From the NCBI GenBank assembly GCA_977017645.1, contig OZ360223.1, positions 80,662,001-80,726,000 on the forward strand: a stretch of DNA of 64,000 nt, in the 5' to 3' direction. This document shows, piece after piece, positions 12,001-23,600 of this stretch. The notes under the pieces are model-generated. The model was not told the DNA's origin, ran no database searches, and saw only the letters and a program-made list of their open reading frames with translations. The stretch's first letter is position 1. Each line of letters begins with the position of its first letter. The position numbers were made by a program, and so were the translations under genes. The stretch comes from Torpedo marmorata (taxonomy: Eukaryota).

Positions 12001-14526
12001 TTATGGTGATGGGGGAGATGGTAGGGTTGTCTGTGCAGTCGCCTCCTGCCTGGCCTCTTGGAATGTCTGTGGTCCCGGCGAGGGGGCTGGGTCTGGCACA
12101 CTGGGTGGGGAATTAGAGGGGTTTTGCAGCACGTGGTAATTAGAGGGGGTTTGCAGCAGGTGGTCTTGCCCGTCGGAATGTTCTACCGGTGCCCCAGCGG
12201 GCGCCAGATCCCGAATCGAGACAGTGTCCTCTCGCCCATCAGGGAAGACCACGTACGCATATTGTGGGTTGGCGTGCGCCAACTGCACCCTCTGAACTGT
12301 CGGCTCATATTTGCTGCTCCGGAGGTGATTGCGGAGCAGCACTGGTCCCGGGGACGTCAGCCAGGCAGGTAGGGCGGTTCCGGTGGTCGACTTCCTGGGG
12401 AAGGAAAAAAATCGTTCATGAGGGGTTGCGTTGGTGGATGTGCACAGCAGGGACCGGATAGAGTGGAGGGCTTCGGGGAGAACCTCCTGCCAGCGGGAAA
12501 CCGGCCATCCCTTGGACTTGAGAGCCAGGAGTGCGGCCTTCCATACAGTAGCATTCTCCCTTTCCACCTGTCCATTCCCCCGGAGGTTGTATCCGGTGGT
12601 CCTGCTAGTGGCGATGCCTCGGGCCTGCAGGTACCGTCGCAGCTCCTTACTCATAAAAGCTGCTCCCCGATCGCTATGTATGTAGTTTGGGAAACCAAAC
12701 AGCGCGAATACCTGGTGGAGAGCTTTTATGGTTGAGGTAGCCGAAGTGTCGGGGCAGGGGATGGCAAAGGGGAACCGCGAGTACTCATCGATAATGGTTA
12801 AGAAGTACACGTTGCGGTTCGTGGAGGGAAGGGGCCCCTTGAAGTCAATACTAAGACGTTCAAAAGGGCGAGTGGCTTTGATCAGCTGTGCCCTGTCGGG
12901 GCGGTAGAACTGAGGTTTGCACTCCGCGCAAACCCGGCAACCTCTGATCAATGTCCTGACCTCTTCCAGGGAGTATGGCAGGTTCTGTGACTTCACAAAG
13001 TGAAAGAGCCTGGTAATCCCTGGGTGGCAGAGGGCGTCGTGTAGGGCATGTAATCGGTCGATCTGCGCGCTGGCGCATGATCCCCAGGATAGAGCGTCCG
13101 AGGGCTCATTGAGCTTCCCGGGCCGGTAAAGGATGTCATAATCGTAGGTGGAGAGTTCTATTCTCCACCTCATGATCTTGTCATTTTTGATCTTACCCCG
13201 CTGCTGGTTGTTGAACATAAATGCCACCGAGCGTTGGTCGGTCAGCAGGGTAAAATGCTTGCTGGCGAGATAGTGCCTCCAGTGCCTGATTGCTTCCACT
13301 ATGGCCTGGGCTTCTTTCTCTACCGCGGAGTGCCGAATTTCGGGGCCTTGAAGGGTCCGTGAGAAAAACGCCACCGGCCTTCCCGCCTGGTTGAGGGTAG
13401 CAGCCAGCGCGAAGTCCGATGCGTCGCTCTCTACCTGAAAAGGTATCTCCTCATCCACCGCGTGCATTGTTGCTCGAGCAATGTCCCCTTTTATAAGGTC
13501 AAAGGCCTTACGTGCCTCCGAATCAAGGGGAAATGCGGTGGATTTCACCAGGGGTCGGGCCTTATCAGCATAATTGGGAACCCACTGTGCATAATATGAG
13601 AAGAACCCGAGGCATCGTTTGAGTGCTTTGGGTGTGGAGGGAAGGGGAAGTTCCAGCAGGGGCCGCATGCGGTCGGGGTCGGGTCCAATCACCCCGTTCT
13701 CTACCACATACCCCAAAATAGCGAGGCGGGTGGTACCGAACACACATTTTTCTTTATTATATGTCAGGTTTAGTGCTTTGGCCGCCTGCAGGAACCTCCG
13801 GAGGTTGTTGTCGTGGTCCTGACGATCCAGACCACAGATGGTAATATCGTCCAGGTACGGGAAAGTGGCCTTAAGTTTATAGTGGTCCACAATCCTGTCC
13901 ATCTCCTGCTGAAATACAGAAACTCCATTAGTTACCCCGAAAGGAACACGCAGGAAATGGAACAGCCTACCATCTGCCTCGAACGCAGTGTACGGTCGGT
14001 CCTCCCTTCGGATAGGGAGCTGGTGGTATGCGGATTTCAGGTCTATGGTGGAAAAGCACCTGTATTGGGCGATCTGATTAACAGTATCCGCTATTCGTGG
14101 TAGTGGATAAGCGTCCAACTGTGTGAATCGATTAATCGTCTGACTGTAATCCACCACCATCCTACTCTTGGCCCCTTTTACTACGACTACCTGGGCCCTC
14201 CAGGGACTATTACTCCTCTCAATAATCCCCTCCTGTAATAATCTCTGCACCTCCGTCTTGATAAACGCCCTGTCCCCCGAACTGTATCGCCTGCTCTTGG
14301 TTGCCACAGGCTTACAGTCAGGGGTCAGGTTAGCGAATAGCGACGGGGGCGAGATCTTAAGAGTGGAGAGGCCACAGGTAGTCTGGGGCGTGTTATTAAG
14401 GAACTGGTGGTTTGCTACAGTGATCGCAGGGTGGGGACCGTCATAAAGCATAGTGACACTCTGTAAGTGGCTCTGAAAATCAAGTCCTAATAACACAGGT
14501 GCACACAACCGATTCATAATAAACAA
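12001..14526 (-). CDS. G1 pol: RT, RNase H, integrase (open frame, disconnected from gag-pro by a frameshift near 14530)
   Basis: DLKSAYHQ, VPFGVTNG, YLDD, ESDASD, HHCC zinc finger (HDALCHPG...CRVC), DFKGP, HSDRG, GQVER. Confidence 0.92.
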   Translation of the reverse strand: MFIMNRLCAPVLLGLDFQSHLQSVTMLYDGPHPAITVANHQFLNNTPQTTCGLSTLKISPPSLFANLTPDCKPVATKSRRYSSGDRAFIKTEVQRLLQEGIIERSNSPWRAQVVVVKGAKSRMVVDYSQTINRFTQLDAYPLPRIADTVNQIAQYRCFSTIDLKSAYHQLPIRREDRPYTAFEADGRLFHFLRVPFGVTNGVSVFQQEMDRIVDHYKLKATFPYLDDITICGLDRQDHDNNLRRFLQAAKALNLTYNKEKCVFGTTRLAILGYVVENGVIGPDPDRMRPLLELPLPSTPKALKRCLGFFSYYAQWVPNYADKARPLVKSTAFPLDSEARKAFDLIKGDIARATMHAVDEEIPFQVESDASDFALAATLNQAGRPVAFFSRTLQGPEIRHSAVEKEAQAIVEAIRHWRHYLASKHFTLLTDQRSVAFMFNNQQRGKIKNDKIMRWRIELSTYDYDILYRPGKLNEPSDALSWGSCASAQIDRLHALHDALCHPGITRLFHFVKSQNLPYSLEEVRTLIRGCRVCAECKPQFYRPDRAQLIKATRPFERLSIDFKGPLPSTNRNVYFLTIIDEYSRFPFAIPCPDTSATSTIKALHQVFALFGFPNYIHSDRGAAFMSKELRRYLQARGIATSRTTGYNLRGNGQVERENATVWKAALLALKSKGWPVSRWQEVLPEALHSIRSLLCTSTNATPHERFFSFPRKSTTGTALPAWLTSPGPVLLRNHLRSSKYEPTVQRVQLAHANPQYAYVVFPDGREDTVSIRDLAPAGAPVEHSDGQDHLLQTPSNYHVLQNPSNSPPSVPDPAPSPGPQTFQEARQEATAQTTLPSPPSP

Positions 14527-14532
14527 AGAAAA

Positions 14533-15825
14533 TTATCGATACTCAGTTCCTTGTACCACAATATTTGCCACACAAGCCCCCTGGATGTCTGTTGTGTGTG
14601 CCCCAGACGCCATGGCCACCCTCTGGCTTACCGGTATGGTAGTGAGGCCACAGCGCTGGACAGTGTCCGGGTGGATGAAGCTCTCCGTACTGCCTGTATC
14701 GAAGAGGCAGGTGGTTTTGTGCCCCTCCACCAGGATGTCCATCATGGATCTCGATAGCTGGTGAGGAACACTTTGGTCAAGGGTGACTGATGCAAGGGTT
14801 GAGATGTAGTCCTCTTGATCCTCTGCCGTTGTTAAAGATGGCCGCTCCCGTGGATCACACGTGTCGCTGCTGCTCGCGCTGCAAGATGGCGGCGGTAGTA
14901 AAGCCGGAAGTACAGACGCGGACGGTGGCGCCGGAAGTGCCAGCATCAAAGATGGCCGCCTCCATTCTTCGCACGAGTTCGCCGCCGGAAGTGCCCGCAT
15001 CAAAGATGGCCGCCCCCGCAGCTTGCACGCGGCGCTGCTCGGACCCGGGCGCGACTTGGAGCGGCAGGCCTTCACGTAATGGCCTTTCTTGCCGCAGCCG
15101 GAACAAGTCGCGTCGCGGGCCGGGCAGCGTTTCCTCTGATGTTTATCGAGCCCGCAGAAGTAACACTTCTCGGGCTCGCGGTTAACGGCAGCGGCGGTGA
15201 GGATCGCGGTAGCGATCGGATCGTTACAAACGGCGGCGGCAGTCAGCTCGTTGGCAGGGCTGGGGGATGGGGATGACCACGCTGCGGGCTGGGGGTCGCG
15301 CCCCTGCATGGCGTCGGAGTTCCGCAGCGCGGACTCCAGCGTGTGGACCATTGCTACCGCCCCACGAAAGTCCAGGTTGGCGTGCTCCAGCAGCCTCTGG
15401 CGCACATATACCGACCTGATCCCCATGATGAACGCGTCTCTCTCCACCACTCCAACGTGTTCCTCAGCGGTAAGGGCTTTACAGTCGCACGCTTGTGCCA
15501 GCGACTGTATGTCCCTGACGTATTCCACGGTCGACTCCCCGGCTCGCTGCTTTCGCGAAAAGAGTCTGTACCTCGCGTTGACAGGCGTCAGGTAGATCCT
15601 TTTCAGCTAATCCATCGCCTCCGTGTAGGTTCTACAGTCTCTCACCGTTGTGAATACCCGAGAGCTCACCCTGGACACGAGGACTCTCAGTTGCTGCTCC
15701 TCGCTTTCGGCTTTGATGGTGATCATAAAAGACTCTAGACATCGTAGCCAGTGCTTGAAAGAGTTACTGGCATCAGGAGCTAGGTGATCGATGTCCAGGC
15801 GGTCCGGTCTTAGTGCTCCTTCCAT
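14533..15825 (-). pseudogene. G1 gag-protease (in-frame stop at 15607)
   Basis: ATG at 15825; two CCHC knuckles (CYFCGLDKHQRKRC, CSGCGKKGHYVKAC); protease LFDTGS. Confidence 0.9.
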
Positions 15826-16439
15826 CAGATTTTACTAAGGTAATAAAATTGATAGGCCTATCAATAAACACTCAAAGACTGTGAGCGTGAGTGAAGCATA
15901 GGCTTTTATTACCTTAGAACTGTGCAGTAGTTACCTGCAGATCTGACCCGGACTGAGGGAGTGGCCGTGGCACAGTGGCCTTTATTCAGGTGAGGAAAGG
16001 GGAGGGATTACCTGGACACCCAAGGGAGGGGAGGGAGTAGACATCGGGACAGCCTGCAGTACATACCTACACCACAATACATAAACAGTGGTTTACCACA
16101 CTTATATACAAAATAAATTGGTATATGCACTGTATGGATGGTTAGCGGGTGAAAAGTTGAACGATTACTCAGTTGCCAAATATTATATCCAAACAAACTG
16201 ATAAAATGTATTAAAAATATATGCCAATCCTCATGTGCAGAGGTTGAACTGTACAGTGATCAGGTGAAACAATTACGTTAGCATATCATTTCAGAGTTTT
16301 GTGGAGTCAAGCCTAAGACTGACCCTTCATGTTACCAGTAATTCAGTGTGAGAAATGACTGGATAATCTTTGATCTTCCTAATTAAAGAGAGATACGTCA
16401 GATTTGATTTTATGGGAGTATGAGGTAATTAACAAGGGA

Positions 16440-16912
16440 GACAACAGAAACCTGGAATGATATTTTGGGGACACCAATACCCCTGAGCGCTAAGCCCTGC
16501 AAAAGGTAGTGGACATCGCCCAAGACATCACAGGCAAAACGCTCCCCACCATCGAGAACATCTGCAGATCACACTGCCGTTGGAGAGCAGCAGCAATCAT
16601 CAAGGATCCACACCACACAGCACATGCTCAGTTCTCGCTGTTACCATCAGGAAAGTGAAAAAGGTGCCACAAGACTCACACCACCAAGTTCAGGAACAGC
16701 TGCTACCCCTCATTTAAGGACTCTAACTTTTGCACTTTATTTATTTTTTCCCCTCTGTATTGCACAGTTTGTTTACATTTCTTTATTTGTTTACGTGTAG
16801 AGTTTTTTTTGCACTACCAATAAGTGGTAATTCTGCCTCGCCCACAGGAATAAGAATCTCAGGGTTGTATGTGATGTCATGTATGTACTCTGACAATAAA
16901 TCTGAAATCTGA
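16440..16912 (+). mobile_element. Rex1/Babar-type LINE 3' fragment
   Basis: Degenerate KAAAIIKDPHH...FSLLPSG-like coding remnant; AATAAA followed by TCTGAAA repeats. Confidence 0.7.
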
Positions 16913-18304
16913 TCTTTTCAGATGCACTGAGAGCAGAGACAGAGGACTCCATTTTAGAACTATACCAGTAATCAGTCTTTCTGCGAAGTCTGTTCATCAG
17001 CTACAATACATGGCTGAAGTCAGGGCATTGGTTAATTTAAAAGAGGTCAAAGCAATTCAGAGGAGGAATAGATTTGGAACTAAATTTCAAATGGATTAAT
17101 CAAAGTCAAACTTCTTCTGGACTTCTTGTGATGACAAGCATTTAGAATCAGGCATGATTTAATAGAACAAGGAACCTTGCCTGGGAAACTGATTGAACCA
17201 ATCTTGCTTCAGTTTGTTGCTAGAGGAAATACATGGTCTAATCCTGGTCCCACTTTTGTCTGCAGAGCAGAAAAAACAAATCCTCTCAGTTTCATGCCAG
17301 AGGAACTCTCCAACCTAACCCTATTTCTTATGCTCAGAATGTTACAGAATTATGAGATGAAATTCAGCTGCAGAAAAATAAACATCCAATTGCTGAGGGA
17401 AGGATCAGACATGAAGCATTAATTTTCCATAAGGTATTCATTAATCTGCCATAAATGTTCTAATCTTAATTTTAAATCTCCATCAACCATCTATTTTATA
17501 TTATGAAACATAACTATAGATAAAAAAAAATACTGAAATTGGACAATTTTTGTAAGCCCAAAAGGGAACAATTATGCAAGAAAAATAACAGCAGTTTCGA
17601 TTCACTGAGTGCTTTTGATTTCACAAAACTTTCCATGGCACTCATGAGGTAACAACATTTTATACTGAGTTACATGAAGAGGAAAAAATGGTTAAAGAAG
17701 TAGGTAGTATCTTAAAGCCAAGGGCTGATATCTTTGAACTGAAGGGGTGGAAATAAAGAGGGATGATGGCATTGAGGGATTTAAAAACAAGGATTAAAAC
17801 GAAGTTAGGGCCTTAATCAGTCAAGAGCTATCACTCGTTAATGGGAAAAGTTGGGATGGATGGATAGGACATGGTGCAAGCTAAAATACAGGCAGCAGGA
17901 TACAAGTGTATACCTGCATAATCCCAATTCCATTGATATCACTCCCTTGAATATACAAAACAACTAAACATTCTTCGCCCATTGAGGTAGAAGATAAAGG
18001 ATTTACACCATTTGAGTGAAGAAAATGTTCTTCTTCACACTCCTCTAATCTTGAGACCATGAATCATGTTACCAGCCAGAGTGAACATCAGTCCATTAAT
18101 TTTCTAGGTCTCGACAAGTTCAGACCTCTTCTGAATTCTGGGAAATAGAGGTCAAGTCTATTTAATTTCATTCCTTGGGACTGTCCATTCATCACAGGAA
18201 GATGACACATTTTGTTTTTGTGCTTCAGCTTCAACAAATATCCTTCTAAAGTAAGAGACCAAAAGTCTGCACAGAACAAGGCTTACCACACATCAAAAAA
18301 GGGG

Positions 18305-18995
18305 TCAAAGGTTCCTTTTATTGTCATGTAATAACACATTAAAAATGTAATACACATGTACAGTACTTCAACTTTTGTCTGCTGCAACGCAAACAAAGAT
18401 TCGCCATGAGCATTACTGGCACCCCAAACAATAGGAGAAAGAGAAGCAAAGGTGAGTCTCTTCAGAGATACTGAGTGTCCATGGATTCACCTCCAGCGTT
18501 CCCACAGACTCTGCAGCCTCACAGACTTCAGTTCATACCATCAGCAGTTCAAACCATCGGCAACGCGAGCTCCAGATCCAACCACAGATATGACCAGGAA
18601 GCCTTCAGCGCCCAACGCCATTCCAGAGCCCTTCTTGCCCTCAGCACCCTATCAAATTCCAATTCCGATACCTGGTTCCCAGGAACCAGTCTCCAGCAGC
18701 CCGCAGCCTGTGTGGGTCCTTCAGCTGCTGAGCCCTCGCTGGTCCGCTGCCACCGACCCACAGGGTTATCTCTCATTCTTCTTCTCAACAGGGTTGTTCA
18801 ACCAGTTTCTGGTGCCCTGTGCCAGTCTGCTGCTTCACCAGAATCTGCAACCTCTCGTGGTACACTGCCCAGTGAGGGCATCGCCATCTAGGGCACAGAC
18901 CTCCAGACAAGCATTTAAAAAACACTATTGGCTCCTTTAACAGGCTGTTTAAATCCTTTACGAAGCCATCAGTATCAGACAGTGGGACCCTGTGG
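18305..18995 (-). mobile_element. Non-coding ~0.7-kb retroposon, copy 1
   Basis: Colinear similarity with 34150-34922 (e.g. CTGAGTGTCCATGGATTCACCTCCAGCG, GATACCTGGTTCCC, CCAGTCTCCAGCAGCC). Confidence 0.65.
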
Positions 18996-20696
18996 AGAAG
19001 CGCTTCTTTGCATGTATACCATTATTTATTTACTGTAATGCCTTTTAACCAAGTTTATCAATTGACTGTTTTCAATACACCTCTAAACCAATGTGGACTG
19101 CTTTGTTGAGATTTAAGAACATGAGATTTAAATAAGTTACCCGATTTCATGATAAATTTGATGATAATCATTCTTTCCCAGAGGCCTTTTAATTACCTGC
19201 TTCATTGCACAATGCCTGTCCTGAAGTAACTGTTTCCTTGTTGGTTTCTTGACATGAATGTTGAGCATAACTATCATGAAATGCAAGCTATTGTAGATTT
19301 GTTCTGCTGAGTTGGAGAACTGTTTAATTTCCATGTTATATCACAAATAATGTTTGCAAGCCTATATTTTCCCTGCAACGGTGCTTTCTGCCCTTTTTTG
19401 CTTCCTGGTAGTGCGAAAACTAATTATACAAATTGTTCCCCCCACCCCCAAGATCATTTCTCCCTACTGCCTGCAGCCAATTCTTTATCAGGACAAACTA
19501 CTCCCATCCATTTTCTCATTTCATTAACTCTTCTCAAAGTATCTGGAATATTTAGTTTCCATCCTTCATCACTTTGCAAATTCAAATCCAATTATCTCTA
19601 TCTTTACTATTAATTCATCCCCTTTCATGTGAATGTTTTTCACATTCTAATATTTAAACTTTTAATCTTTCATTGACATCATCTCAATTAAGCGCTCTGA
19701 GCAGGTTATAGCTGCCTGATTTTTTGACCACACTTAGCCATTCATATGACTAAAGAACAAAAGCAGCTATTTCGTGTTAGTTGCAGAAACACCAACAATT
19801 GAAGGACGCGGTGTTAAACTACACCCCATTCCAATCTTTACGCTGGATGCAAGAGTAAAAAAAAATTGCATTTTCCCCAACCTCTTCTGGGAGATTGAGA
19901 ATGGAGAAAAATTGTATCTTTCTCCACGCACCCAACCCCCCCCAGAAGTGTCAGAAAACAATCCCTGGTGTCAAAGCCAATACTTAAGTAAACCAAAAAT
20001 CATTGAAATCGAATTGTCATTTGATTGAACCAAATCACACTGGAAGCAGCTGCTGGTTACCAAGGGAACTGCAAGATATTATCTGCTCTTGTCAGTCCTG
20101 AAATTGCATGTGGTCCTTTGTGATTCCAGGATGTGCTAAGTGCTGGATTTTCCCGCAAATTGTACTTAAACTTTTGAATATATATATGAGTACAAGAAAT
20201 ACGTCACCATTCACCATACAAGACTTACTATTCTAATTGGTTCTAAGATTTACATACCTGCATGACACGATTTTTTTCTTCCACATAAATTCTGTGAGGA
20301 AAAAGTCCAAGATTATTTCCCCCACAGATTCCAGTCTCCAACTGTGCATGACTAAAGGGCCTTTTTCTACACAGCCTATGCAGAGGCTGTACAAAGTGCA
20401 TCCCTCAGAATTTCATCCTGGTCCTTGGAATATGAAAATCTGCAAAATTCAATTTGTTCATAGCTCCATGCTTGGAAGCCCAGGAAGTTTTTGGCAGACC
20501 AAAAACAAGCCTGTCAGAGAGAATATCCTTCCAGCAGCATAGAATCATAGAAAACCTACAGCACAATACAGGCCCTTCGGCCCACAAAGTTGTGCCGAAC
20601 ATGTCACTACTCTAGGAATTGATAGACTTACTTACCGGTATATCCCTCTTTATTTCTGAGCTCCATGTACCTATCCAAAAGTCTCTTAAAAGTCCC

Positions 20697-23600
20697 TATT
20701 ACGGTGACTTCGATCCAACAATAGTCACCTGGAGGCTAAGTGAGATACTTGTCTTTGACGCGTTTTAATTAATTTACTAACAAAGTCCAATATGTTCAAA
20801 AACCTTTATTTACACACGTGACTTGCAGTAATCTTCAATGACTTTAATATAAACAGTTCTTGTAAACGATGTATGAAGTGTTCCTTTAAATGATTCTTTA
20901 AACAATTCCAAAACAATATGAAACACTGTAAAATGATGTTAAACGATATAAAAACGGTCAATAAAGATGTGGAGACCTCACTCACCCTACAAACATCTTA
21001 TTCCTTTCCTTTTCTCTCTCTCTATCCTTGATTTGCGCATGCCCATTAGCTCCTAAACCACTGCGCATCCTACCCCGCGCATACTACATTTCCCAGACTG
21101 CAACGCGCACAATGACGTCACTCCACACTGCGCATGCGCCCGTCGGCACTCCCGCGCATGCGCAGAGCAAAGAACGGGCCGACGACGGCCTACAGAACAA
21201 CGCGAGCGCTCCAAGGCCCGACGAGACTTCGGAGCGCCGCAACAACGGTAAGTTAATGAGCCTACGGCTCTTACACCGGCCCCTAATTATTATAATTAGA
21301 CGTAATGTCTTGAATAATAATTACACTATAAATTATAAATAACAATAACCATAACATTCAAAACAATACAAATCTTCTTTCTTCCTTCTTCTTAAATCTA
21401 GAGTTTACCATAACTCTGATTCAACAAAAGTCTGTAACCTGTGAAATATACAACAACAAATAAAGTCAGTTTATATTTATCAAAGTTCCTCTGTCTCCAA
21501 CAAAAGACAGACCTTGTTAATAGGTCTGCTTCGAAAAACCAGTCTTAGTTTTAATTCACACTTGACGCACAAGTCCTCTTTTGTCTTGAAAAGTCTCAAT
21601 AATTTTTCCAAGTAACCAGGAGTTTCTTGAAGTTGAATTATCCATAATAATCACAATGTCTCTTTAAAGTTCTTTTATCTTCATAATCTGAGTTAAAACG
21701 TCAACCAGTAAACCTCAAATCTTCCTCAGATAAAATAGATACAGTTTTTCTTTTGAATTTAACACAAGGCACTTCTTCAGCATGTCGTTTCACTTTATTC
21801 CTTTTTTCAGTATTCCACTTTTCATGTGAAGAATTTAAACTCTTAGAATTAGAATTTGAATATTTATCTGATCCTTTCGATTTTAAACAGGTCTGTTTAA
21901 CCACTCTGGTTTCTATTGCTCTTTCCTGCAATTCTAAATCCAATTTTGCAACTTTCAATTCAGTCTCAGTTCTTTCTGAGAAATTAATAATTTGATCTGA
22001 AGTCAAAATATCATGTGATACATTGATATTTCCATTGTCAATCCTGTTGCGACAAACTTGAAATTTTTTAATTTCTTCATCTTGTTTGTTACATTTCTGC
22101 AATGCAATATCACATTCTTTCTGCATTGGTAATTGTTGAACATTCAATTTACATTCTTGATTGGTTTTTAAAGTCAACTGTTTTGTGTTATTAACCAATA
22201 ACTTGTTCTCTTTCAAAACATTAATCTCTTCCTCCAACCTTTTACATTTTGATAATGCTGAATCTCTTTCCTCAATAACTGTATTCATTTCTTCAGCAGT
22301 TATTTTTTTCTTCCGCTTTCTGACTTTGCGAGTTTTACTTACAATTAAATCTTTCTGTTTACTGTTTTCTTGATTATCTAATATTTCCAATTCCCCTTTC
22401 AACATTTTGTTCTCTGAATTCAATTGCATTAAATTATCATTCACATTATTCTTTATTCCATCAGCACAATTTTCTGTGTTCTCCAGTTTTACATCACATT
22501 GTAATCTTTCTTCATTAGCTTTGTCTGTTATAATCTCTGAACTACAAAATCTACATTCAGATTTGTTTTCAGTCACTTGTTTTATTCCTGTATTTGATTC
22601 AATTACACATGAATAATCAATAGTATTATTTGCAATATCTTCTAATACTTCACTTTCATCCATTTCTGATAAAATTAATTCCTTCAATGTTGTTTTAAAT
22701 ACCCTTGATTTATTTTCACATTGATCTGTTTTCTTTTCTTCAAAAGTGATTTTCTTATTCAGTTTTTTGCTCTTCGCTTAACTCTTCAACTTTCTCAACC
22801 GAAATTCTATTAATATTTATCGCTACCTGTTCCTGAGCAATATCATTATTTCTTTCCATTGGTCCATTGATTGTCCAACCAAGCATGGTTTTAACAGCAT
22901 AAGGTCCATTCCTTTTACTCTCTATTACTTCTTTTGGTACCAAAATCTTTGGCACATCTGAACCAATCAGCATTTCTATCTCAGAATTAATTTCAGGTAA
23001 ATAAACCTTCCACAGATAAGCTAAATGATGGATATCCCTTTGATGAGGAATATTTCCTTCATTCACAGGCATAGTCTTCTGAGTATATACACTTGGAAGA
23101 TCACAAAATTTTTTGTCATCCAATCCAGCAACCTCTAAGCCTGAAACAATGTTAGTTTCAACAACCTTTTCTTGTCCCATGGTTTTTAACATAATTCTTG
23201 ATCTTTTTCCTTGAATATTAAGTTTATTCATTAGTCCTTCCGTGCAAAAAGATGCAGTGCTGCCTGGGTCTAGAAATGCATATGTTTTTACTATTGCATC
23301 CCCTTTCTTGGCCTTGACTTGTACAGGCACTATTGAAAGTTTGCAGTTATTCACCCCGGCCCCAGTAAGACCACTTGTCTGAACCGAGGTTATAACATTA
23401 TTTTCTGTTGTTTCCTTTGTTTCTGTTTGCTCCTTTTCCAATTCCTTGTTTCTGTTATGGATATGCAAAATTCTAGGATGTTTCAAATTGCATATGTTAC
23501 AATTAATTCGCTTCTCGCAGTTTTTACTGATGTGCCCTTTACACAGACAGCTAAAACATATTCCATTTTCCTTTAAGAAAGCGATCTTTTCCTTATGTTC

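Larger units (their letters stand above)
8172..16100 (-). mobile_element. Full-length Gypsy LTR retrotransposon (element G1); 5' LTR 15850-16100, 3' LTR 8172-8330 plus 11714-11821
   Basis: 251-bp TG...CA LTRs with only one substitution noticed; PPT at about 11822-11850; probable 5-bp TSD CCTAT/CTTAT; gag-pro-RT-RH-IN order. Confidence 0.95.

Noticed and set aside
21028-21342. Recurrent ~100-aa plus-strand ORFs in BEL LTRs and antisense to BEL/Gypsy coding regions
   Set aside because: Shadow ORFs from GC-rich repeats or codon bias; starts and ends are not consistent among copies.
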